Source: Octopus bimaculoides
Taxonomy: Eukaryota
Length of the DNA: 36,630 nucleotides
Assembly (NCBI RefSeq): GCF_001194135.2
Contig: NC_068991.1
Location: 52,128,575 to 52,165,204, forward strand
Reading direction: 5' to 3'
Positions 9,899 through 21,340 of this stretch are shown here, piece by piece; the first letter of the stretch is position 1; each line of letters opens with the position of its first letter. A program made the position numbers and the translations under genes. The notes beneath the pieces are model-generated. The model was not told the DNA's origin, did not search any database, and was given only the letters and a program-made list of their open reading frames with translations.

Positions 9899-10457
9899 AT
9901 TTAAACGATCTCTTCTACTTAGCCTGATTCCATAATATTAATATTAACTTAAACAATATTATTGTTACTTTAATAATGTTTTGTAATTTACTGCTAGATT
10001 GCTTTAACAACTACATACTATAATGCCCTAAAACCTTATCGTCCTGATTATGCACTGCTGAAATTGATGGCTTCAGATACGGCAACCAATATTTGATAAA
10101 CTAGATTCAAACGATCTCGTCTACGCCATCTATCAGTCTAAACCCCTTTTAAGATCGACGTCTTCGAGTGGTTCAGTTACGAAACAATCTTACGGGATTC
10201 AACAGTTATTACAGTATCGAAACTGATCAAATTCTACTTCTTTTATTATAAACTCGCGAACTTAACCTTCATTTCAGCGTGTTAAGTAGCAGTTGTAATT
10301 GTTTCTGTTATAATTTCTAATTTTCTTTTGTGTTCATTTAGTCTTCTACCCCATCTGCTTAATTTGATAGACTTACATCACTTGCCGTACCAGTGACAGC
10401 TCCAATAAGTCTCCCTCTCCATCACTAGTTTACAGACAACAAAAAGAAAAAGAGATA

Positions 10458-10651
10458 GAATTGTTAGCACGGCAGACTTAATGGCATTTCGTCCGCCTGT
10501 ACGTTCTGAGTTCAAATTACGTCGAGGTCGACTTTGGCGTTCATCTTTTCGGGGTCGAGGAAATAAGTACCAGCCCAGCACTTGGTGTGGATGTAATCGA
10601 CTTGTCTCCTCCCCTGAACTTGTTGGCCTTGTGCCTAAGTTTGAAACCAAC
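10458..10651 (+). mobile_element. SINE family B
   Basis: B-box gagttcaaatt followed by 'gaggtcgactttggcgttcatcttttcggggtcgaggaaataagtaccag'. Confidence 0.88.
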
Positions 10652-10683
10652 ATATGGCAATAGGAGATCGAAATCATGTTCAG

Positions 10684-10737
10684 CATAAATCATACACATC
10701 ATAAATCGTATGTCATAAATCCTATACATCATAAATC
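10684..10737. repeat. Four copies of CATAAATC at 14-16-bp period
   Basis: Copies start at 10684, 10700, 10714 and 10730. Confidence 0.8.
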
Positions 10738-10799
10738 CTACTGACTTTAGAATACCGTTCTAAGAAAGGATCCTCTACCTGGTCGTTTTATCTGCAAGA

Positions 10800-10985
10800 A
10801 ATAATAACCACATCCCTCTCAAATCACTACTGCCTTGAATCACATTGGCTGATGTTGTCCTAAATATTCCAAAAGAAAAGTAAATAAGCAGGACGGTCAC
10901 GGCTAGAATCCTTTCGAGCACGAGTTCTCTCTTATTCAGGAATGATCTGTGACTAAATAATAATAACAACAGTAACAACAACATT
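10800..10985 (+). mobile_element. Probable 3' tail fragment of a retroposon ending in (AAT/AAC)n
   Basis: 'ggacggtcacggctagaatcctttcgagc...gactaaataataataacaacagtaacaacaac' resembles a cephalopod repeat tail recalled from memory. Confidence 0.35.
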
Positions 10986-11813
10986 ACAGAATCAATTCCT
11001 TTTTCATCTTTCTTTTTGTTCTGTGTGTGTGTGTGTGTTTTATTGATTTCCGCCCGAGTCAAATATTTAGATGGAAGCAACTTTAAATGGCTAGTCTAAT
11101 GTTAAAACGATTGGTCACCGTGGAAGACAACGAGAAAGTCTAACATAAATTAACAGTGGAAAGTAATAAAATGAAAGAACTGAAGGAACTTGACAATAAT
11201 TTCCGATTTCGATACATAAATGTTTCCAAGATGCAGGAGCTTAGATTCCAGTTTGATGGTGTGAAGTGGTAGAAGTGAGCGAACTAAAAAAAATAGGAGA
11301 GAGAGTAGTAGAGAGCAACAGAGACAATTTCCACTGTACAGGTAACGATTCCCGATGATCGGATACTTATTCCCAGAGCAAAATAGAATAAAACTGTCTC
11401 CTCTCAATCAGTCTCGAATCTATATTTCTTACATACAACTAAGCCTGTATGGAGCACGTACGATATAGGCCTCACAGAAGTCTGGATTTTACATTAAGAA
11501 ATGCATTGATTACATTGTATTAAATTAGCAATCTCGCTTGATATGCTACGCTGGAGAAACATTTATAGAATTGATTTTTTTTTCTGTGACTGATATGGAA
11601 ATTGCAAATGAAGAAACATCCAGAAAAATTTGCAACGCACAGATCTATGCATGTGATTTGTCAAACGTGACTCTTGGAGTATCGGCAGAGTGAAATGTCG
11701 CTTTTCACTAATGAAATTAAAACCTCAGCACTGTAGCAAGTCTTATGTAGTCATTATATCTCTTACATTCTTCTGTCAAGAAATGGATACTATTTTGTAT
11801 ATTTAGATATTGC

Positions 11814-12033
11814 AAGGCAGTGAGCTGGCTGAATCGGTAGCACTCTGAATAAGATGCTTAGCAACATTTCGTCTGTCTTTACTTTCTGAGTTCAAATTCC
11901 GCCGAGATCGACTTTGTTTTTCATCCTCTCAGGATCGATAAAATAAGTACCAGTAAAGCACCGGAGTGGACATAATCGACTAAACCCTACCCTGGAAATT
12001 TCAGGCCTTGTGCCTATAGTAGATAGAAAGAAT
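11814..12033 (+). mobile_element. SINE family B, full length
   Basis: A-box tggctgaatcgg, B-box gagttcaaattcc, central domain and tail. Confidence 0.9.
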
Positions 12034-12749
12034 ATTCATACATCGCAACTGAGTTATCTACAAATATACCAACCATATACTTGTATCTATACCCACAGAG
12101 GTAGGTACAAATTATATTATGCAACAGAAATTTATACAGGGTCAAAGGGTCATCAACTGACCGAGGTGCACCAAAATCCAAGTAGCTTAGTAAGCAGAGA
12201 CGACAAAAATAACACGACCTTTTGCTTAGTAGACAGAATATATTCTGACGCTCTTGAATTCTCACAATGATATCTACTCACAAAAAAGCTTATACTTTTA
12301 TTTCTTACTTTAATGATTATATTGCTCTAGATAAAAAACGTGCCTTTAAAGTGACTGTGTTAAATTACCTCTAATTCAATATTACCTTCATATATAAAAA
12401 GGATCCTCGCCCCAGACGTAGAGGATAGCCCCTGCCGCGATCTTTTACTGACATCCGTCAACACTAATGACGGTGAATTGGAAGAAACGATGTGGTGAAC
12501 AATAAAATACTGAGTTCAAATCTCGAAGAAGTAAACTTTACCTTTCATTTTTCGGCTTTAATATACTTGAAAAAATAGCTAATCAACCCTCAATAACTTT
12601 TGGTCGTCTGTCACTTTTTGAAATCGATAGACATCAACATGGCGACGTTGATCGTAGAGATTCGAACTCAGAACTAAGAATGACAAAACTAAATACAATC
12701 GATAATTTAATCCATTACTGTTGAGTATTGGTCATATGAGCCGGGCGAA

Positions 12750-12910
12750 GTATGATGGTGTGGTCAAGAAGGATGCTTCGTAACCCTGTGGTTCCGGGTT
12801 TGATATCGCCACTGCGCAACTACATTCAACAAATGTTTACTACCATAACTTCAGATTTACCAATATCTCACAAGTGACACTGATAGGCAGAAACTGTGCG
12901 GAAATCCGTC
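12750..12910 (+). mobile_element. Decayed SINE family A 5' part
   Basis: 'gtggtcaagaaggatgcttcgtaaccctgtggttccgggttt...ggcagaaactgtgcggaaatccgtc' is a weak match to the family A head. Confidence 0.5.
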
Positions 12911-12946
12911 CTCTACGTGTGTGTGTGTATATATATATATATATAT

Positions 12947-13098
12947 NNNNNNNNNNNNNNNNNNNNNNNNNNNNNNNNNNNNNNNNNNNNNNNNNNNNNN
13001 NNNNNNNNNNNNNNNNNNNNNNNNNNNNNNNNNNNNNNNNNNNNNNNNNNNNNNNNNNNNNNNNNNNNNNNNNNNNNNNNNNNNNNNNNNNNNNNNNN
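12947..13098. other. Assembly gap (152 N) between (AT)n and (GT)n
   Basis: N run. Confidence 0.99.
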
Positions 13099-13127
13099 TG
13101 TATGTATGTGTGTGTGTATGTGTGTGT

Positions 13128-13171
<44 letters not shown>

Positions 13172-13198
13172 ATGCGTTCATGTTTTTCTGTGATTATA

Positions 13199-13411
13199 CG
13201 AGGGGCTGCTGAAAAGTTCCTTGCTTTGGGTAAAAGAAAATACAGGAGGATCAGATAATTATGATTTTATTCACCATATTCTCCCCTCAGGTTCACTTAT
13301 TGCAGCGTCCCTTCAGTTTTTCTAAGCTCTGTAAAAGAACTCGGGAAGTTGGGCCTCCAATAAGACCTTTCGTGATGCGCTTAAAGCCAAGAACTTTTCA
13401 TCAACCCCTCG
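13199..13411 (-). mobile_element. Non-autonomous mariner-family MITE, copy 1
   Basis: TIRs (ta)CGAGGGGctgctgaaaagttccttgcttt and aaagccaagaacttttcatcaaCCCCTCG. Reverse-orientation homologue of 30003-30210. Confidence 0.85.
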
Positions 13412-13978
13412 TGTATGTATGTATGTATAACTAGCGTATGTATGCGCGCAAGTATATTTCACCGGTGTATATTGGTGGTGAAGGTTATAAACATCAACAA
13501 GAAACAGATAAAAAAGTCGTTTTACAGACGAAGTCCCTTGAAATATTAATTTTGCATCAATTCAGAAACACTTCGTCTCACTCTAATCATCAGAATAGTG
13601 GACCAAGATTGACATGTTAAAAGCCTTCGACTAATGATTCTATAGTTCACAAAATAATCATTATAGCATAAATTAATAAACTAAAAACACGATAAAATTA
13701 TTTCACTCATCAAAGTTGAAGATCAATTTTTTTTCTTTTAGATTATGTCAGCGAATTGTCCAAATTAGTAAATGTTGTAATAAATTCATAGACGCCAGAA
13801 AATTTTGATGTCAAACCAGTGAATCACCGAATTAAATCCAGGATGAATCTGACAATGCAAAAGAATCTTAGAGTTGTAGATGAGGATTAAAGAATATGTT
13901 GGAAGTCAGCGTTTGTCAGAAAACGCAGCAGTGCCGCCGATGCAGTGTGTCTGTTGGTAAAAGAATGCTGACATGGTG

Positions 13979-14070
13979 GAGTCTCTGTTGATTTCGATGA
14001 TGAGCATTCAGTTATTTAAATTAGTTTACTGAATGCTCATCGAAACTCATTCGTAGGCGACAGAGGATTC
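13979..14070. ncRNA. Long fold-back hairpin, candidate pre-miRNA-like structure
   Basis: Perfect 14-bp inverted repeat gatgagcattcagt (13999-14012) / actgaatgctcatc (14028-14041) with a 15-nt loop. It is extended by tttc/gaaa and a ~12-bp basal stem gagtctctgttg / cgacagaggattc. Confidence 0.35.
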
Positions 14071-14399
14071 TAACGACACATGTACCTGAAAAGAATCTCA
14101 GAGCGAATCAACCTGACACAATATGTGAAAAGTATGGCGCCATTGAATTACTGGTACAGTTCATCTGACGAGCTTCCAAACAGTTTCCTTCTATCCATTT
14201 TCAACCTCAAAGCTTCAATTGGCTCCAGACTCTTTCTCAGTATACCATGCAGTGGGATTAAACCGACACTTTATAATTGTGCGAAGCGAAATTCTTAAGC
14301 AGCTGGTCATACCTATATATATATATATATATCGCACTGTATGTGTTTTGTCTAGAAGCCGAATTTGCTACGGTATAGCGTCTCGGAGAGCTCTCCACA

Positions 14400-14680
14400 A
14401 CGCCGAATGTGAAAGAACACCTGAATGTTACAGACCAGGCAAGACAACTCAACTCAGAATCACCGAGAATGATACATACTGATACCTCACCATTATTATG
14501 GCTTATCAATACCATGCACTCGCATCATCTCGAAGCGAAATGAATCTCTGGTTTACAACTATTAGACAAATAGAGTAAAAATCTATTTGCTGATGTGCTG
14601 CGGCGTAGCACATGTTAAAGTATATTAAATTACGAATTAAAAGCAGCTCTGGCAATGTAAATATTATCAATCGCACATAT
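14400..14680 (+). repeat. Unclassified dispersed repeat, copy 1 (homologue at 20840-21110)
   Basis: Collinear shared blocks ctgaatgt..agac-aggc-agacaactc, ctatttgct-atgt-ctgcggcgtagc and attatca-tcgcacatat. Confidence 0.75.
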
Positions 14681-15112
14681 GCCTCGAAAGAAAGAAATGG
14701 TGTCAGCGTGGAATCAAAGAACTGGCAGAAAGTGTCTTCAGACGGTGCAACACGATGGCCTCTACTTTGAATGCTAGGCTGCTTTACCAAAATATTGCAA
14801 AAGTTTTGACTCAACACAATATTATCGCGTTAAATACTCAAATCGTCCTGATGCCTAGTAGTTTGGGGTTGGCAATGAAGCCGAAAATTTTGCGCTTGCC
14901 GAAGATCAGACATATTCTTGTCTGCATATCTCAACTTAGTTTTTGGCCTTTTTTGCCGATGAGTTTTCCTCAACGCTAATACTTTTCTTTTCATCAAAGG
15001 TAAAATCTCTCTCGATTAACCATTCCGTTCTCTTTATTGCAATGAGCATAATAACCAGAACATTATATTTTCTCAATGCAAAAGGCACCTCTAAAAAATT
15101 TTTTTATTGTTT

Positions 15113-15127
15113 GTTATCTATCTATCC

Positions 15128-15170
<43 letters not shown>

Positions 15171-15231
15171 CATCTATCTATCTATCTATCTATCTATCTA
15201 TGCTTACATACATACATACATACATACATAC
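15113..15231. repeat. (TCTA)n + (TACA)n tetranucleotide microsatellite
   Basis: Direct reading. Confidence 0.95.
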
Positions 15232-15861
15232 CTACACCATTCTCAAATATTTATGTTTGTGTCTCTCAGAGTGTGTGTGTGAAAATGTATATGCGGTTTG
15301 GTGTAACGCATATGTAAGTGTATGTGTATGAATGTAAGTCAATACATGTGAAGATACGTGGAAGAGAAACACTCGTCATTTCAACCTAAGTGGTCTATGT
15401 ACTGACAAGTTAGTAAACAACAGCTTTGTAAATATGAAGTATAGCCTCGTTTTTATCTGTGATAAATGCATTAAAAGACTCTACCTTCGCCGACCAAGAG
15501 ATGATAACAAGAGATAACTAGCAAATACTTGATAAGTAAAGGAAACAAATACACATACATCATCTAACTGAGATACAAAATTACCTTTGTGCCACACTGG
15601 TAGCGGGATATTACTCTCAGCATAAGCAAGCCAATGCCAAGAGGTTATCCCCATACCACTAACTTTTGAAGAGGCATGACATAATTTATAAACACCGTGT
15701 AGAGTGTTGCCTGTGGGTAAGATTACTCAAGACGTTTTATGATGTCTCTAGAGAAACCGGCTTTATCTAAATCTTTAGAAAGAATTTTGGTAAAATATTT
15801 TAAAATAATAAAAATTCTTATTTACTTAACTGAACATTTATCTAACAGAAATTACAGCATC

Positions 15862-15985
15862 ATGGTGCAGGTGTTTTATATACTGAAAAGGTGCAGCTGT
15901 TGTGTGCACCGGAATGGTACAGCTGTTACACATAGTGAACGCCACAGCTGTTACGTGCAAACGTATGCTGCGCTATACAGCTGCG
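15862..15985. promoter_or_regulatory. Array of five E-boxes (CAGGTG plus 4 x CAGCTG) at ~26-bp spacing; possible enhancer or degenerate minisatellite
   Basis: CANNTG starts at 15868, 15894, 15920, 15945 and 15978, with a shared core (gg)t-CAG-TGtt and divergent spacers. Confidence 0.35.
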
Positions 15986-16074
15986 CTATACATATAAACA
16001 TTCTAAACTGCATTTCAACAAAGTACTCGAAATAATGGGGAAACTTTCACTCCTTAATTCTCTCCAAGTTCACC

Positions 16075-16215
16075 GGAGCTCAATCATCATATCCCTTTCT
16101 ACTGCTACTGCAATGCCCTCTGCTCTTCTAAATTAACAAAAGATTTACCATCGTATTCAAACCTACTCACTGCACCACTCTCCACTCTTCCCGTCAATAC
16201 TTCGAATTTCCAAAA
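16075..16215 (+). mobile_element. Possible decayed CR1/L2-group LINE ORF2 C-terminal fragment
   Basis: 'ccctttctactgctactgcaatgccctctgctcttctaaatta' (..FYCYCNALCSSKL) resembles the LFYRYYNGLCSSEL-type motif at the end of such LINEs, recalled from memory. Confidence 0.35.
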
Positions 16216-16255
16216 TATTTTTTCCTGGTTCTTTCTTCTAAAAATTTCTTTGTAA

Positions 16256-16415
16256 GACTAGTACTTATTCTATCGGTCTCTTTTGCCGAACCGCTAAGTT
16301 ACGGGGGCGCAAACACACCAAAATCGGTTGTCGAGCGATGATGGGGTGACAATTAGACACACAAACATACGCGCGCGCGCTCACGCACACACGCACAGAC
16401 ACACACACACACACA
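16256..16415 (-). mobile_element. SINE family A, 3' half, running into the gap at its internal (AC)n
   Basis: 'ctagtacttattctatcggtctcttttgccgaaccgctaagttacggggg' is a close match to other copies. Confidence 0.85.
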
Positions 16416-16943
16416 NNNNNNNNNNNNNNNNNNNNNNNNNNNNNNNNNNNNNNNNNNNNNNNNNNNNNNNNNNNNNNNNNNNNNNNNNNNNNNNNNNNNN
16501 NNNNNNNNNNNNNNNNNNNNNNNNNNNNNNNNNNNNNNNNNNNNNNNNNNNNNNNNNNNNNNNNNNNNNNNNNNNNNNNNNNNNNNNNNNNNNNNNNNNN
16601 NNNNNNNNNNNNNNNNNNNNNNNNNNNNNNNNNNNNNNNNNNNNNNNNNNNNNNNNNNNNNNNNNNNNNNNNNNNNNNNNNNNNNNNNNNNNNNNNNNNN
16701 NNNNNNNNNNNNNNNNNNNNNNNNNNNNNNNNNNNNNNNNNNNNNNNNNNNNNNNNNNNNNNNNNNNNNNNNNNNNNNNNNNNNNNNNNNNNNNNNNNNN
16801 NNNNNNNNNNNNNNNNNNNNNNNNNNNNNNNNNNNNNNNNNNNNNNNNNNNNNNNNNNNNNNNNNNNNNNNNNNNNNNNNNNNNNNNNNNNNNNNNNNNN
16901 NNNNNNNNNNNNNNNNNNNNNNNNNNNNNNNNNNNNNNNNNNN
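16416..16943. other. Assembly gap (528 N)
   Basis: N run. Confidence 0.99.
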
Positions 16944-17129
16944 ATATATATACAGCAAAAGGAAAATGGAGGGAATACAAAATTAACATATATCAACTGG
17001 TAGACATTCTATTATGTCTATTTATTCCAAAACAAAAGGGAGTATTATAAGAATACATACACATGCAAAGACTGTGTGCTATACAAATATATACTAGTAA
17101 TACATAAAAGAGTAGAAGATTAAAAGATC

Positions 17130-17690
17130 ACTTCCTTACGGCCGTTTCTGCCAAGAGACCACGATATCCTCCATGTTAGCTCCATCTCTTCAGTGTTCTG
17201 TAGGGATGGGTAGATAGAGTTTAGATGTTGAGTGTGCCCCTAGGTTTCATCAGAGGGTCTAAATGGTTAGGAGAGCCGATACATACAAGAGTCAGTTACT
17301 AATAGGTACAGTATATTTTTCTTATTGAAGAATAGGAGCAAGACTAAGAGTGTAAGAGGAGTAAAATTTAGTAAAATGGATTAGGTATAGGAAAGAGAAA
17401 TAAGTCATAGACTTCAAGTGTTGCCTTCCAAGATTCATGTTATTTTGTCCAGTGGTGGATAAGTAGGTATATTCGTTCTAAGGATGAGTTTTTTTAGGAA
17501 GGGTAAATTTAGGCAGTGGTTCTTATTTTATTTACATATAAATACACGTTATGTTTGTGTTTACAGTGGTGAGTTTGAAAGTATGGTCCGTGTTTCAGAG
17601 GTCGAAGTTTATATGTAGGATGTCAGTTGGTACTAAAGAAAGTAAGGCACCAGGCGGTGACCAAAGTACGGTGGTCGTGTTCGTTTTTTT
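17130..17690 (-). mobile_element. Decayed interspersed repeat, possibly the 3' end of a Penelope-like element
   Basis: Strong strand skew (C-rich on the minus strand) and an end with CTGAAGA...GAAACGGCCGTA, a hammerhead-like signature. Reading frames are full of stops; the family is recalled from memory. Confidence 0.4.
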
Positions 17691-17736
17691 TTTTTTTAGA
17701 TCAACAAGTCCCTGAATCCTTGTATGCAGTGGTTAT

Positions 17737-17884
17737 GGTCGAATGAATTGATCCCTATACAAATTATTTTATTTAAGCCTTTATACTTTGGCCTTTCTTA
17801 CCGAACTGCTAAGTTACAGGGGTGTACACATACCAACACCGGTTGTCAAGCGTTGGTGGTGATACAAACACAAGCACAAAGACA

Positions 17885-17931
<47 letters not shown>

Positions 17932-18064
17932 TAGACTTTACTCAGTTTCCGTATGCCAGATCCACTCACAAGGCTTTGGTCAACCCGAGGCTACAGTAGA
18001 AGAAACATGCTCAAAGTGCCACGTAGTGGGATTAAACCAAAACAATGTGGTTGGGAAGCAAACC
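17737..18064 (-). mobile_element. SINE family A with internal (GT)n
   Basis: 'ccgaactgctaagttacagggg...cagtttccgtatgccagatccactcacaaggctttggtcaacccgaggctacagtagaag' matches other copies. Confidence 0.88.
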
Positions 18065-18251
18065 AGCACCCATATATTTCAAACAAATACATAAACATTA
18101 TAATACACCACCCACACTAAATAAATGACACCTTAAATGCTGCTTTCCCTTCATTGACAGAACCATCAACCTCACATTTAAAATTATATAACGGAAGTCC
18201 AGCTAGATCCCATGGCAGGATATATATATATATTAATAAAATGTGACGTAA

Positions 18252-18650
18252 GTGCAGGCGTCGCTGTGTGGTAAGAAGATTGCTTCCGAATCATATGGTT
18301 ACTGATTCAGTCCCACTGCATGGAACGTTGGACGCGTTTCTTGTATTATAGCCTAGGACCGACCAAAGTCTTGTGAGTGGATTTTGTAGACAGAAACTGA
18401 AAGAAACCCTTCGTACATGTATATATCTGTCTGCACGTATCTTTGTGTCTATGTTTGTCCCTCACCATCGCTTGACAGCCGGTACTGGCGTGTTTACGTC
18501 CTCGTAATTTAGCGGTTCGAGAAAAGACCAATAAGTACCAGGCTTTTAAAAAGTGAGTATTGGGATCGATTCTTTCAACTAAAAATATTCTTCAAGGTGG
18601 TGTCCCAGCATGGTCTCAGTCTAACGATTGAAACAAGGAAAGGATAAAAG
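18252..18650 (+). mobile_element. SINE family A, full length
   Basis: Head gtgcaggcgtcgctgtgtggtaagaag, body and 3' end 'caaggtggtgtcccagcatgg...attgaaacaag'. Confidence 0.9.
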
Positions 18651-19019
18651 ATATCTGCGTTTATTTAAATCCGTAGTTTGCCGATAGGGATATTGCATTA
18701 GATATTTTCCGGTGGGTGTTGACTGTTCTTTTAGAATATTGTACAAAGTATGTTTTAATGTCCAACACCCTTGTCGAGCACGTAAATATACAATTTCTTT
18801 TCAAACCGAAATTGTAAAAAGTCACGAATTGCCAGTCAAAAGAAGGAAATATGAACAATATTGTTTCAAACCCAATAAATAGAACGAAAATAGGAAATAA
18901 CCTGAATATGAAAAGAACAAAATGAAACACAGTCGTATTTTATATAATGACATAGTTAAAAGAAAAATCGTGCACTATTTGCACTCACACACACGGACAT
19001 ACTTATACACAAACCCACA

Positions 19020-19077
19020 TACACGCAGCCACACATATATATACACATATATACATACATGTCTATATACATACATA

Positions 19078-19125
<48 letters not shown>

Positions 19126-19180
19126 CATATCTGTATGTGTATGTGTGTGTGTGTGTGTATGTGTATACATATATATGCAT
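19020..19180. repeat. Compound (AC)/(AT)/(GT) microsatellite
   Basis: Direct reading. Confidence 0.9.
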
Positions 19181-19774
19181 AGGTATATAAGTTAGCAGTT
19201 AATGACACTACAGTCAAAACACCGAGTTTATTATTTATACACCTGTCCATGTGTGTGTGTATGTATGTATGTATGTATGTATGTACGTATGTATTGCAGT
19301 TCTGAGACTATTGTTTCTCTGTTACTACTGATGGCTTTGTGAATCCCGCTCAACGCGTAACAGATTAATGATAGAGAGAGGAAGACATGATATTTTAATA
19401 ACATGGAAGATTTATAAAAGGTCAGCCATTGGAAAAATAAATGGGTCACTTGGAAAACAATGGAACACATAGATGTGTGTGTGTATGCATATATATATGT
19501 GTGTGTATGTATTTTGTATGTATGTGTGCATTTTCATACTCACACATATATATATTTAGATAGATAGATAGATAGATGATATGTATGTATGTATGTATGT
19601 ATGTATACAAACACACAAATACCTCCACGCATATACATAGATACGTAGATTTTTGTTTATATTTATAAGTACGTAAATGTATGTATGGATCCAAAGCACA
19701 CGGGGATACGTGTAACAATATTATGCATTCATACCAAATGCGAATATCAAGCACGCATCCTTAACTTCAGAGGC

Positions 19775-19775
19775 A

Positions 19776-19845
<70 letters not shown>

Positions 19846-19860
19846 GATAGACAGACAGAC

Positions 19861-19892
<32 letters not shown>
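19775..19892. repeat. (GT)n + (AGAC)n + (AGAT)n microsatellite
   Basis: Direct reading. Confidence 0.95.
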
Positions 19893-19894
<2 letters not shown>

Positions 19895-20254
19895 AATCAA
19901 AATAAGCAACAGGATATCCAGAGGTAATGCAGTACGATCGTTTCAAGCGATTCCATTTAATCGAACAATACAACCATTATCTCAATTTAAATGCAGAGCA
20001 ATCCTCAGCTGCATAAATACATAGAATTAAATTAAATTAAAACAGATGGACACGTTAGTATAATTTTACCTAAAATCTCCAAGAAGGTAAGGAGATAGAC
20101 AAAGAACATGCTGTCTTCACTTCAGCTTAGAAGCTGGATATCCTGTTGTTTATTTTGATTTTAATCACCCTACTTTGAAACTGTATGAATAATACCGTAC
20201 TAAATTCAGGTGCCTCAACTTAAGTACCTAATTCATCTGAATCCAAATTTTGCT

Positions 20255-20282
20255 TATATATATATACATATTAGATAGATAC

Positions 20283-20322
<40 letters not shown>

Positions 20323-20450
20323 CACACATATATACATATATTCATACATACATGCATACATGCAAGCATACATTTATCTCAAACTGCGCTTCTCGACGCT
20401 TGCCGTCACATCATCACGAACTCGCACTTTGGCACGATTAGAGTACTTGC

Positions 20451-20497
<47 letters not shown>

Positions 20498-20677
20498 TGG
20501 CAAGAGTGTACTTGTACATCTCTATACAGATAAGCACGTGTGTCTCATATTCACAGTTGTCCTTAATGTTAAATATTGCTTGAACTTGCATTTCAATTTG
20601 CTATAGATACACAACTATTTCACAACTATTTCTGCATACATGTGTGTGCGTGTGTGTTTATGTATGCATGTCAATGT

Positions 20678-20740
<63 letters not shown>
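20255..20740. repeat. Cluster of (AGAT)n, (GT)n, (AT)n and (AC)n microsatellites
   Basis: Direct reading; unique sequence is interspersed between the runs. Confidence 0.8.
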
Positions 20741-20741
<1 letters not shown>

Positions 20742-20839
20742 TTAGTATATGAAGTCATATACATCGATATATATAAATACATGCATAAACATTTTGTTTA
20801 TACACTGAATTTCCGGCGGGAGAGTGTCCAGAGAAAGCT

Positions 20840-21110
20840 CCCAACAGAACTGAATGTCCTAGACTAGGCGAGACAACTCGCTTCGAGATGATCGAGATTG
20901 GCAGATGTCGATATTTCGCCATTATTTTGAATCATCAATAGTATGTTCTGGAAACACACCGAAACAAAATGAATCGCTGTTTTGGTACATATATGCATAT
21001 AGTGTGAAAACTATTTGCTTATGTACTGCGGCGTAGCGCTTGTAAAAGAAAATTTAATTACGACTCAAGAACAGCTTTCATAATCTAAACATTATCAGTC
21101 GCACATATAT
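20840..21110 (+). repeat. Unclassified dispersed repeat, copy 2 (homologue at 14400-14680)
   Basis: Same collinear blocks as copy 1. Confidence 0.75.
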
Positions 21111-21340
21111 GTGCTTTCTTTATATACCCGTTTTCTGCAAGATGGCGTACTAAGTAACTTGCATACAGCTGAGATCACAGCAATATCATGATTGCATCGA
21201 TGATTCAAATTTAAAACATTGACACAAAATTCACATGCACGCATATACGTGTAATTGTTTGGCCTGCTGAAATTAATACAACATGAAAAAGATTATGAAA
21301 TGGCTGTCAACATACACACATACACATTTTCATTTTAAAT

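Noticed and set aside
11155-11275. Short frame ESNKMKELKELDNNFRFRYINVSKMQELRFQFDGVKW, possibly an RTE LINE relic
   Set aside because: The similarity to the DNFRYLG motif is too weak to call without a profile search.
12403-12473. Two adjacent hairpins (atcctc/gaggat and ccgtca/tgacgg)
   Set aside because: 6-bp stems are expected by chance in 36 kb.
13742-13791. Strong polypyrimidine acceptor followed by (D)YVSELSKLVNVVINS*
   Set aside because: T-runs ending in AG are frequent here, all frames close quickly, and the donors are weak.
15862-15985. CRISPR-like appearance (conserved cores with variable spacers)
   Set aside because: The cores are only ~8-11 bp, the context is eukaryotic, and there are no cas genes or leader.
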